The notes under the pieces were generated by a model that was not told the origin of the DNA, ran no database searches, and saw only the letters and a list, made by a program, of their open reading frames with translations. Source: Moniliella sp. 'wahieum' (lineage: Eukaryota). From it: 25,582 nucleotides of DNA. Of the stretch, positions 1-10,221 are shown one piece after another (position 1 is the first letter of the stretch; every line of letters starts with the position of its first letter). The position numbers and the translations under genes were made by a program. The stretch covers positions 372,001 through 397,582 of the forward strand of contig RSEE01000066.1 of NCBI GenBank assembly GCA_003971905.1, in the 5' to 3' direction.

Positions 1-446
1 AACTAACTGACGCCCGCAAAAACCAGCCGTGTCGAGAGAAGAGAGAGCATTGTTGCCAATTCTACCACTTTTTACCTCTCTTCTTCCCCGTCTGGCCCAT
101 GTGAAGCCAATCTAGCTGGGAACTGATGTGCTCCGTATAGACTTGAGATCTCCTGGGCATGCCGGTCGTTACCTCTGCTCGTCTCCGAAGCTAAAGTGGG
201 AAGGGAACAACCGCTGTGGATCACTCGGTATTATAGGATGCACCCCCTCGCTCCGCCGCAAGGACTCAAATCCCAAAAACCACAATACACACGAAGAACC
301 CTCAATCTTTCTCCTTGTTTAGCCTCGATCGATTTTGGCCTACCGAACTGGAAACCCCCCTGCCCCTCCCCAGCCGGTCACCTCATCTCCTCTGTCATAC
401 CCTCACATCGCCTTTCCCTCTTGCACACCTTCTCTCCCATGTATCT

Positions 447-954
447 ATGGCACAACCTACCTTGTTCCTACTACTCACAGCAGTCGCAGTCTCTCGAGCC
501 TTCTCCTTTGGGTCACCATTCTCTTCTCTCGTTGCAGGCAAAGCGAGAACACTCGGATCCCGGTCATTCCACACCACTGCGCACTTTATCGCTATGTATG
601 CTACCATGGAAGACACCTGTCCATTAGTCACCCCATGAATCCAAGAACGCCTCTTCTTCCCATTATACCCCCTCTTTCTTTTTCTTGTATCTGTCCCTAC
701 AGAAATCGAGCGCGGAAGGGTCCCCTGCGCCCCAGACCACCCCTCGGCCGCTTCAACTTCATCCTGCATCACCTCGGATCTCCGGTACCTCGCGAGCTCA
801 CGGAGCTCCCCGATCCAGTGGGAGGCAAAACATCAATGCAATGGGCATCCGAACCGCGTGTGGGTGGCCGTGCTACTCCGCCACCGAGTGGGCGCCGACG
901 TTGATCGCAACTTGTGGGCATAGGTTGGGTTTCTGTGCTTGTTTTCCCGTGTAA
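447..954 (+). CDS. Putative small secreted Cys-rich (defensin-like) precursor, 2 exons, frame disturbed by probable indel errors
   Basis: ATG 447 gives a signal-peptide-like MAQPTLFLLLTAVAVSRA. Candidate intron 596-702 (GTATGC, pyrimidine tract, CAG). The 3' part reads TACGWPCYSATEWAPTLIATCGHRLGFCACFPV then TAA TAA TAG. The exons do not join in frame as written. Confidence 0.45.
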
Positions 955-1466
955 TAATAGGAAGAAGTGTGAGGAGAGGGAGACGGCGACTGCTCTGCCC
1001 GCGGGATCATATAAGATCACCGGCCATGGGACGCGATGCATGAGGCTGGCGCGGACTAAAATTTAAAAAGCGCACGGGAGAGAAGCAGGGGCGCGGAGCG
1101 GGCCGCGCCCCAGTGCGCTGTCGCCCCCGGGCACCCAGGCACGGCGCCTGTGGGAGGTGACGGGCAGTGGGGCCGGCACGGGGCAGAGTGGCGCTGGGTG
1201 CGGCGCTGGGCGGCGGCGGCGCGCGGGGGCAGTGTGTGGCATGCGGCGCGCGCCCACATGGGCGGCGCTGGGGGCAACGGGGGCACGCAGCACGGCGCGG
1301 GGCGTGGGGCACGGGGGCACTGGGCGCGCCTCGGCTGGCGGCGCCCGCAGCGCTCGCCGCTGGCGCAAGTTCCGCCCCGGCAGGCCCACGCAGCCCAGCC
1401 CCCCCGCCGCCACGTGCCACCGCTTCCTTCCTCCCCACCACTGGCGCGTCTGCTCTGCTGTCCACC

Positions 1467-2131
1467 ATGTCTGCTGCCCAGCCGCCACCGCACGATCAAG
1501 TGTGCGTCGCTGCTCCTCTCCTCCTCTCCGCCGCCCCCCGCCCCCTGCTGACCCCCCCCCCCCCCAGGCGTCGTCGTTGGAGATGGCGCTGTGGGCAAGA
1601 CGTGCCTGCTCATCTCCTACACCACCAACTCCTTCCCCAGCGACTACATCCCCACTATCTTTGAGAACTACTCGGCCCAGGTCCTCGTCGATGGCCGACC
1701 CGTCGTCCTTGGCCTCTGGGACACGGCTGGCCAAGAGGACTATGACCGCCTGCGCCCGCTCACTACCCGCAAACCGACGTGTTCCTTATCTGCTTCAGCC
1801 TCGTCTCCCCCCGTCGTTTGAGAATGTGAAGAGCAAGTGGTGGCCCGAGATCACCCACCATGCGCCCCAGGTGCCCGCGTTGTTGGTCGGCACCAAGCTC
1901 GATCTTCGCGACGACCCCGAGACGTTGCAGAAGCTGCGTGACCGCCGTATGGCCCCCATCTCCTTTGCTCAGGGCTCTCAGCTGGCACGGGAAATTGGCG
2001 CGGTCAAGTACATGGAGTGCTCGGCACTCACCCAAAAGGGACTCAAGGGTGTCTTTGATGAGGCTCTGCGGGCGGTGATCACACCAGTCGTGCGCAAGCA
2101 ACGAAAGAAGAACAACTGCAGGATCTTGTAA
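1467..2131 (+). CDS. RAC1: Rac-type Rho-family small GTPase (intron 1502-1567; 3 apparent frameshifts)
   Basis: Spliced [42 protein letters not shown] (Trp at position 56 = Rac, not Cdc42), [30 protein letters not shown], polybasic tail plus CAAX ([12 protein letters not shown]). Intron GTGCGT...CTGAC...CAG. Frame slips in exon 1, at ~1762 (ctc-ac-tac for L-S-Y) and in the C-run at ~1807-1812. Confidence 0.95.
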
Positions 2132-2703
2132 GCCTACCCGGCTCAATTCATCTCCCTCCCTGCCGCTCTTCCCAAGCTGCGCGACCGCTCGCTCGCATTG
2201 CAGTTCTGAGCGCTGGCCGGGTCGGTCGCTGCTATTTAACCCCTGCCCCGTTGGGGGAGAAGGAAGAAGCGGGGAAAGTGACAGGGCAGGGAGTCGCATG
2301 TCGCTGGGTTAAGGGAGGCAAGGGGTGGGAGGGAGGGGGGTGTAAAAGCATGGTTCAGATCAGCTTGAAGAATATGGTTCGCCAGCTTCTTTTCCGCTTC
2401 CTTTCCCCCTTTTTTTTCCTCCCGCTCCTGCCTTCCCCCCTACCCTGTCCCCCCGCCCCCACCGTTTCACCCCCAGATCCAGTCCAGGAGCACTTTTCAT
2501 CTCCCTTTCCCATTTCCCTCTTCCTCCTCTTCACTTGACCTCGCCTTGCTCACTCTCGACGTGATTTCCACGTTGCCTTTCTCCCCTTACCTACCCTCTT
2601 CCCTCTTCCGCGCTTATGCGCCCTGTTTCCGCCTTTGTTCCTCTCTGTTCCCCCCTGCTCCTACCTCATTGACTGGTGTATCTGAGTTGACGCACGAATC
2701 GCC

Positions 2704-3469
2704 ATGACAAGCCTCGTTAATGGGTGTTTCGCGTTCTCGCCTGCGTTGTGCTGTAGCTGGCTCATGCCCCTCCCATCATGGGTACCGTGGTCTTACTACG
2801 AAAAGGAAGGGGCACTGCGAGAGGGCGTGTGCCCCAATTGCCCAGTGGCCAACGGTATCACCTGCCATTTGCCCAGCGGCATCATCCACCCTTCACCTGC
2901 ATCAACTCTTTCCCCATCTCTTTCCCTTGACTCCAATCGTAAATGTGAGCTGGTTTAATACTCTGTACTGTGAGATGCGACTGCTTACAACGAGCACAAT
3001 CGGAGCGGAAGCGGCGCAAAGGTGCGAACCTTTTAGCTGTCCGAACCGGCCAGCAACACACTTCGTCTCGACGCCGCTCCTGCCATTGTTGGCCGCACTA
3101 CAGGCGGGACGGATGGTCGGTCGGTTTCACGTTTTGGCACAGCTCGGTCCTCGGATCGGATTGTCCACGGCGACCTATCACACTTCCCGCTTCTGTGTCC
3201 CCCCGATCTCGCTATCGGACCAGGCTGAGGTGGACGCCGGCGCCTCCTCTACAGTAGAGGCGGGGCAGTTGGCATCCCCTACTGCTTCCGATACTGCATG
3301 GCCTCATGCGTTACGACGATGGGCGACGACGGCTACGCAACCAGAACCAAGTCTCTCCTTGAATACGGTGACAGCCTCGGTGCTTGCCACCCTGCCCCTC
3401 TGCTTCATGATCTTCCACCGGTTCCACATAATGGGCAATGAAAGACGTTGGTCCCTCAACCGATCGTAA
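2704..3469 (+). CDS. Possible hypothetical protein (Cys-containing N-part, Ser/Thr/Ala-rich region, hydrophobic segment near the end)
   Basis: ATG in GCCATG context after a pyrimidine-rich leader; overlapping ORFs 2704-2958 and 2720-3469; possible donor GTGAGC at 2945. No family recognised. Confidence 0.2.
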
Positions 3470-4235
3470 AGAGCGCGAGGTGTGCTGCCTTGGTGGTCAT
3501 GCTTCTGACCCTCTGTTGGTACATGTGAGAAGTATAGCAACTATGCACAACTTACATGTAGCCGGCGCGGGCCTGATGAGCCCTGGCAAAGGTTTCCTTC
3601 TTGATAGGTTCCGTCGCCTGTGACGCCTTTTGTGCATCTCCTTATTTCGATATAGATGCTCACGCAGCTCACTACGCGGTACTCCTCTTCTTGCCGCGTG
3701 CGAACCGTCAGCTCCTACGGTGGGGTATGGCATCTCAGCCATCTCACCTCGCGCAAAAGTTGATTGCCTTCTTTTATCAAGGGTTAGGTGGGTGAGTCAA
3801 ATGCCGAACTTGTTCATCGTCTGGCGCCAGTCGTTGAGCAGAGTGCCTCTGGTCCCGCAGCACATTGCGTTCGTGTACAGGGGGAAAAGAGGCTGCGTGC
3901 CCGTATGTCCGATGAGTTCGATGAGTTGAACGGCAGCTCTCGTCGGACCGATGCGACGCTATACGCTCACGACGCGCACCATGCCACTCCAAGCGGTATA
4001 CACTATTCGCCCTCAATCGGGCCAAGGGGAGTCTTGGGCATGCCCTGCTTGACCAGCTTGCGCTTCTTTCGACCGGGGGCCGTATAGAGCAGACTGCGTG
4101 GTGGCCTACATGTATAGCGTAGTACTAGTTGGATGGATGGAGTGTTGGTGGGCCTCGCCAAAAAACCCACAGCGCATGCTGAACGTTTCAACAATGGGCA
4201 CAAGAGCAGAAGTCGTCGCCACGGAAAAATTCATC

Positions 4236-4247
4236 GCTGACGTCAGC
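4236..4247. promoter_or_regulatory. Perfect palindrome GCTGACGTCAGC containing a CRE (TGACGTCA) bZIP site
   Basis: Seen directly, ~145 nt upstream of the haspin ATG; function inferred. Confidence 0.4.
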
Positions 4248-4391
4248 AACCAGCGCAGGTAGAACTTACCTGGATTTCTCGCTTGCTTTGGCGCCCGCAA
4301 GTGGGCGCGCCGAGGACTCCACCAGCTGCCCCCTCCATCTGGCCTGCCTGCCGTGCGAACAGCCAGCGGGTTCCGCCCCCACACCGCCTCG

Positions 4392-6387
4392 ATGATGCGC
4401 GTCCACACCGGAAAGACCTACACCCGCCGCCCCCTGCTTGCTACGACCGCCGCGTCCCCCGCCGCGGCCGGCCGCAGCGGGGTGGCCGACGAGAACACAC
4501 CCCATTCCACCACACAAACCCACCGCCGACGTCAAGCCCCCGGCCAAATCCACCACCCGTGCCCCGACCAGACCATTGCTCGAGCGCAATCCCAACTCCT
4601 CCCTCTCTTCCCCACTGCCCCCATCCGACAAGCCCATGCCCCAACAGCCGCCCCTCGTACAGGACGCCCCCGTCCCTCAATCCCGCCCTAAACGACGTAC
4701 CACTCTCAAGCACATCAACTACGCCGAGCCCACCGAAAAGGACATCCCTTTCCGCCCCAGCCGCAGCCGCCGTTCGGTCGCTCCTAATGCCTCGACTGTG
4801 GACCCAGGGATAACAGGATCTACGCAGCAGCAATCCAAGCCATGCCCCCAGCCCGCCGCCGCCCCTTCCTCTGCCAAGGATTGCGCCAGGAGGACAAGCT
4901 CGCGCGCACGTTCTACCTCCCTCACTGCCTTTTCCCGAACGCCCCAATTATCTCAACCCCAGTCTGAAGCACCCAAGACCGAGTCTCTCAATGCAGAAAT
5001 GTCCCGGCTCCACTTAACCGACCGCCAGCCAGCCCCGGGCCCACCCTCACACCCCCACTCAGAATCTCGTACCAAGACCCGTTCCCCTCCCCCGAGCAGC
5101 TCATTCCGTTGCTCAAGACGTGCGGCCAAGCGCGTGTCTTGGACTTTACCCGCTACGTTGCTGGATTTGACATGGAGATTGTTAAGATTGGCGAGGCGAG
5201 TTACTCGGAGGTTTTTGCCACGGTTCAACGTGGCCAATTGCGAACAGTGCTCAAGGTGATTCCGCTCCACTTTCCTGCTGCCTTGAAGAAAGGTAACTCG
5301 GACCAAGCCCTGCCAGAACAAACCAAGTTGGAAGATGCATTGCGGGAAGTCAAGGTGACCAACCTGCTCAATATGGTTCAACCCTTGGGACCCCACTACT
5401 TCTCTCCCCACTCCAAGCCGATCCAGATCCCAACAGGCCACTTTGTTGATTTGCTCGGTGCTCGCGTGGTTCGGGGTGCCTACCCGGCTACATTGATGGA
5501 CTGTTGGTATCAATACCAAGCGACCAACGAAGAAGAAGCTCTTAATCTCTCTCCACGTACGTTGTTGTTGTCCCCGTTGCGGTAGCCAACGCCTGTTGTA
5601 CTATAAGTGTGCGGATCCTCACCCGCCTGACCTTGACTGGCTTACTACAGAGTTGTTTGGATCGGACCAACACTACCTCGTCCTCGAGCTGGTGCATGGC
5701 GGCACAGACTTGGAGCACCACCCTCACCTCGTGGCTCGAAGCAGCCTCGATCTTTTGGCAAGTCGTCCGCCTCCTTGCCTCGGCCGAGGTGCAGATGGAG
5801 TTTGAACACCGTGACTTGCACTGGGGCAATTTGCTCGTCCGTTCCCAGGGCCCGCGAGGTGAAGGCAAACGCGGAGTGTTTCTGCCTCTCCTGCCTCCCC
5901 TGCCAAGACGCCCACCACCGTGTGGGAGGCAAGTGATCCTGCCTGGGCCGGAGTGGAAGTAACCATCATTGACTTTACCCTTTCGCGGTTACGCGACCCG
6001 ACCCTGCCCGAAGCCCCCATCCTCTTTTCTGACTTGTCCGGCGACCCAGACCTGTTTGTCGGACAAGGCGACGAGCAATTTAGTGTGTACCGTCAAATGC
6101 GCAAGGTGACCGGCGACCAATGGCAGCGCCACACCCCGTCCACTTCGGTGTTGTGGCTGCAATATTTGCTACAAAAGTTGTTGCGCGCCAAGGGCTTGAC
6201 CAAGCCCAATGTGGCCGACAAGGATAACCACTATGCCTACCGGTTGCTCAGCGTTGCCCAACTCTTTCTCCACAAACGCCCACACCAATTGGACTCGGCG
6301 GTAGCAGTGTTGCACTGGGCCGCTTCCCCTCGGCTCTTCGCGACGCTGTACGAACCCCAAGCCAAACGGGAACCGCGCACCCAATGA
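4392..6387 (+). CDS. HASPIN: Haspin-family atypical protein kinase (Alk1/Alk2/Hrk1-like); disordered N-terminus, C-terminal kinase; intron 5557-5650
   Basis: KIGEASYSEVF, VLKVIPL, YLVLELVHGGTDLE, FEHRDLHWGNLLV, VTIIDFTLSRL, LFVGQGDEQFSVYRQMRK are haspin signatures. The intron GTACGT...TTGAC...CAG joins LSP/QLFGSDQHY in frame. Frameshifts near 4500, 5090, 5720 and 5880. Confidence 0.93.
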
Positions 6388-7061
6388 GAGCAGCGTAGGT
6401 TGAATGTTGAGGCACGAACCATGCGTAGGCTCATGCACTGTGAATCGGATGACACGTCGGACACTCAAACTTACGTGTTCTGTAAAGGGGGGAGAGAGGA
6501 TGAACTGTCGATTGTGCCAAACGAGCGCGGCAGTGGAGGAAGGTCGTACAGACGAGCTTGTTGAGCTCTGGGTCCGGGCCCCTCGGCCTCTACTAGGAAG
6601 AGGGCCCCTGGGAGGAAGGGGGGTTGACGAGGCAGCCCCGATGCGGGATAGGATCGATAAGAGTGCTGCTTTTCACATGTAAGTAGGCGGACCCAAACCA
6701 AACGTATGTGGCAGGAGCGAGCCTAAAAGCAAAAGTATGCACCTCTTCTCCTCGCGTATTATTGTTGCCCTTACAACTAAGCGAACAAGGTGGTGAAAAG
6801 GGGCATACGGAGGCAACCGGCTGAGAGGTTGTATGGAACACCACATTTAAGGCATCATTGAGCATCGACCACCCCGGTCCGAATGGCAGGGACGGACAAG
6901 GGGTAGGGTCCCCACGCAGGCACCAGGGAATCCATCTTCTGTCCAATGCATTATTTCGATCATTGGCGGTCGCGCCACAACATAGCATCAGCTGTCGCCG
7001 GAGGTCCGATGCCAGCCGACCTATTATACTTTTGTGGCCACACAGGGGAGAGATTGCAGCC

Positions 7062-7064
7062 CCA

Positions 7065-7096
<32 letters not shown>
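7062..7096 (+). repeat. (CCRCCA)n hexamer microsatellite
   Basis: ccaccaccaccgccaccgccaccgccaccgccacc, just upstream of the probable ATG at 7162. Confidence 0.85.
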
Positions 7097-7099
<3 letters not shown>

Positions 7100-7161
7100 A
7101 TAGTCGTCACCTGCAAGTTCTTCAGTGCCTTCATCCCCATTGGCCTCCGCCATACCCCACT

Positions 7162-8574
7162 ATGACCTTCCACGCCGGCATTCTGGCTCTGCGGCAGGAA
7201 TTGCCACCATCGCAGCCGCTTGGCAGCACCGGCGCCATTGACACTCCATCTGCCGCATCCCAGGCCCCGCTTCCGAGCGCATCAGCAGCAGGGCCGGTGG
7301 TCAACCCAGCGACTGGGCGCAACGCCTTTGCATCACCCACCGCGCCCGCCACAACAGGGCCGGCGGGCATGCCGCAGTTGACGGCGACGAGTGAACCTTC
7401 AGGTGGAGCAGCCAGCTCCGCGTTATCGTTATTGTCCGAGTATACCCTACTCTCATCGTACAGCGACCTGGCTTCCATGGAATCAGCTCTTGGTGGCAGC
7501 GGTTTCCCTTCCAACGCAATCGCATCATCTTTGTCACAGGCTCTGTCCAGCTCAGCGTTATCGCCCACTTCCATGGCCTCTGCCGTGTCTCCATTGACCA
7601 GTAGTACTACCCCTACCGTTTTGTTCAGCTCGACCGGCGCATCATCTACCTACACTACCTTGCCCAACTCGATTAGCACCACAGTCACGAGAACCGCTTC
7701 GTCTTACCCCACTTCAACTACGAGCGCCTCGTCCGGTACACACTCCTCTAATTCGTCCGCATCCTCCTCGGCCACCACACACCCACACCGGGATTCGAAC
7801 CATGCAGGTGCGTTCCGACCTTATATGCATACCGACCCATGTTTTTTGCTTCCCTTCTCCATGATACTAACCGCTCCTGCTTTGATAGCTTCCATCGTTG
7901 GTGGCATTATCGGCGGCATTGTGGGCCTCATTGTGCTGTTTTTGGTTGCGTGTCTTCTGCTCCGGCGCAAGCGCAATCGGGCCCGCCAAACTGGTTGGCT
8001 TCCTTTCCACGGCACACAAGGTCAACCGGAAACCACTACTCGGTACGATCCGGGTACAGATAGTGAGGATGTTGCTGCTGGATACATTATTGGCGCGAGC
8101 ACAAGGCGTGCAAGTCGTGAAGTGCTCCCCTCTTCCCATTGGGCTTCCGATGACAGACTGGCTGTGCCAATCCAGCCCCCGACGGAGAACCCCTTTTGCG
8201 ACCCGACGAACCTCGAGGGCGGACCCAACAGTGAAGCGGTGGTACCCATCGCGACGCAGCCGAAGCTCCTCGTTCCCGGATCGAACCAGTACCTGGGGGT
8301 GCCTGACATTGCACGTCACGCATCGCGATCTTCCGGCCGGGAATCGTTTACTTCCACAGTCTTGCCAGAAACCAGTGCAAGCCAGGTGCAGTCGGCCGAA
8401 CCTTCTGGCGCTCCGTTCACCAGACCGATGCAAGACAACCCCTCCATCAAGACGCCCGCGCCTCCCGCCGCCATGGCTGCCCAAGCATACCCCACTTACC
8501 CCACTTACACCTATCCCTCTGGATCTTACACCAGGGAGGGAAACTCATACGCCCCAGTTCCCCACTTGCATTGA
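7162..8574 (+). CDS. Ser/Thr-rich single-pass membrane protein, Mid2/Wsc/Axl2-like architecture; probable in-frame intron 7808-7888
   Basis: Long S/T/A-rich region, then a TM helix SIVGGIIGGIVGLIVLFLVACLLL, stop-transfer RRKRNR and a cytosolic tail with ENPF. The 81-nt GTGCGT...ACTAAC...TAG intron gives NHA/ASIVGG. Start 7162 preferred over 6946. The frame may continue to 8768 through a frameshift. Confidence 0.75.
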   Translation: MTFHAGILALRQELPPSQPLGSTGAIDTPSAASQAPLPSASAAGPVVNPATGRNAFASPTAPATTGPAGMPQLTATSEPSGGAASSALSLLSEYTLLSSYSDLASMESALGGSGFPSNAIASSLSQALSSSALSPTSMASAVSPLTSSTTPTVLFSSTGASSTYTTLPNSISTTVTRTASSYPTSTTSASSGTHSSNSSASSSATTHPHRDSNHAGAFRPYMHTDPCFLLPFSMILTAPALIASIVGGIIGGIVGLIVLFLVACLLLRRKRNRARQTGWLPFHGTQGQPETTTRYDPGTDSEDVAAGYIIGASTRRASREVLPSSHWASDDRLAVPIQPPTENPFCDPTNLEGGPNSEAVVPIATQPKLLVPGSNQYLGVPDIARHASRSSGRESFTSTVLPETSASQVQSAEPSGAPFTRPMQDNPSIKTPAPPAAMAAQAYPTYPTYTYPSGSYTREGNSYAPVPHLH

Positions 8575-9735
8575 CTCTGAACAATAGCCCACCCGGGTTG
8601 GACAATACGATACATTACGATGACTGTCACCACCTTGCATATAGCTTTCGTACTGTCCCCGCTCATACTCCCACAGAGTTTGTTCCAGTTCGTCAAATTG
8701 GACCCACTGCTGACGGTCGATCATCCCATCCGAGAGATTTTGACCCGCGCACGAACATACTCTTTTAGGGAAAGCTGGGGATCAAAGTACCTTTTCTTTG
8801 AAAGTGACGGTCCTTGCGACACGCATACAAAAAGGAAAAACAGGAGCCACAGAGTCGGCCAACGTGCACTCCCGATGTGGAACCAGAGCTATTGCCATCA
8901 TGTACGCCTCGCCCCCCCGATCTTGGTCAGGGGCGTCTGCCTCTTCAAACAACTCAAGGCTTATATACGTGAGCTAGAGAAAAAAGGTATCGTCGCCAAT
9001 GCCACTTTTCTCGTCGGTGGACGGTTTATATTGGACAATAGCACGCTCGTACAGGCCACGGATCTTGTTGCGGGAATGAATCGCCTCTGGGCAGGCTAAC
9101 GCATCCCCCTGATCCCACGTGGACTCGTACACTCTCCTGCTCGAGTTGTTGAAAACCAGGTATCGAAGTCTGTGATGGACCATAGTTGTATTACCCGGTT
9201 GGGCCAGCTGCTCCTCATGCTGGATTCTCCTCTTGTCCAACCCGGTATCTTCCTCTGGCATCTTGGAGATTGTCAAACTGTTTCTCAAACCGGTGGTATA
9301 GGAAGCATATACACACCTGTGGGCTCTTTTTTGGATTGCGACAGCCGTTCCAAGATATACTTTTCCCAGTAGCACAAAACTGTTGGGTGGGGGGTTGCCG
9401 CTTGCTTATTAGGCGGCCCAGGTGCAAGTTGAAAGTTGAACGTTGAAACCTCCAGCCAACGCCGCACTTTGCAATTTGAACGTTTAGGGGCGGTGGCGTC
9501 TGACATAAGCGGATTCTCCACGCTGGCCTCCACAGTTGGGTGCTGTGCAGCTGAGGTAAGCGGCGCGAAGATTTTTCCTTTTTCCAGCGCGCTTCGAGAA
9601 GCAATGCTTGTGGATGCAAACCACCACCTGTTTTCTTCTTTCCAGCTCAGCCCCCTCCCCCACCATCACCACCCCCATCCGCCCATCCCCGCTCCAGCCC
9701 CACATCTTGGGTAAGTCGCACGCTGCTCCTGATGC

Positions 9736-9820
9736 GGACATGATGCTTTTGGTTCGATTACATGACCGCCTTTTGCACGGCAACATGGATACAACATTTT
9801 TCGCATTTATGCCTGATCCT
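9736..9820 (+). ncRNA. Intronic box C/D snoRNA; D' guide antisense to LSU rRNA UAAUCGAACCA (predicted Um at ~yeast 25S U922)
   Basis: Box C-like ATGATGC 9740-9746; guide TGGTTCGATTA 9750-9760; D' ATGA 9762-9765; degenerate C' ATGGATA 9785-9791; box D CTGA 9813-9816; short terminal stem GGA/TCC. Confidence 0.7.
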
Positions 9821-9978
9821 CCTTACCCCAGCCCTACCGAGCTGTTTTGCTGACCAGCCCTGCGCTACGCTACCAGACTCGCGCCACGGCGGTGCATCCC
9901 TCTGGCCGACCGCTCCCTCGCCCTTCCTGGTTTCTGCCTCGGACACAACAAGACGTGAGTACCATCTTCCCACCCACT

Positions 9979-10056
9979 CTCTCTGATGAGTAACTTACAC
10001 CATCTTTCGTTTGAGCCAAGGGCTATGATCCTCTTTTGATTAGTCTTCCTGACCCA
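9979..10056 (+). ncRNA. Intronic box C/D snoRNA, snR39/snR59 (SNORD32A/51)-type guide for LSU Am807, with a second guide to ~A917
   Basis: Box C CTGATGA 9983-9989; guide CACCATCTTTCG 9998-10009 is the reverse complement of conserved LSU CGAAAGAUGGUG; D' TTGA 10011-10014; AGCC/GGCT hairpin; C' ATGATCC 10025-10031; second guide TTTGATTAGTCTT 10035-10047 against LSU AAGACUAAUCGAA (one G:U); box D CTGA 10049-10052. Confidence 0.9.
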
Positions 10057-10221
10057 TCCACCTCCCCTGGCTTGTCTGGGCCCGAATGGAACAAAATCAG
10101 AATGCTGACCATTGCTCTTGTTGGTTGCACAGCCTTTTCTGTCCCGAGTTGCTTGCTACACGCGCGCTCTCACAGCGAATCTACACTGGTACGTCCCTCT
10201 TTCCTTTGCCCTCCTTCTGGC

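Noticed and set aside
216..228. GTGGATCACTCGG, matching a metazoan-type 5.8S rRNA segment
   Set aside because: Only 13 nt, sense orientation, no flanking rRNA similarity or snoRNA boxes; chance match.
1007..1466. Multiple long overlapping ORFs in the very GC-rich stretch before RAC
   Set aside because: Stop-poor GC-rich promoter/5' leader sequence; translations are Arg/Gly/Pro/Ala noise.
3573..3600. CTGATGAG as a hammerhead core or box C
   Set aside because: No GAAA core partner after the stem, and no rRNA guide with a box D that I can identify.
6946..7161. In-frame N-terminal extension with an HRHRHR tract
   Set aside because: Derives from a CCGCCA microsatellite; ATG 7162 gives a more typical start.
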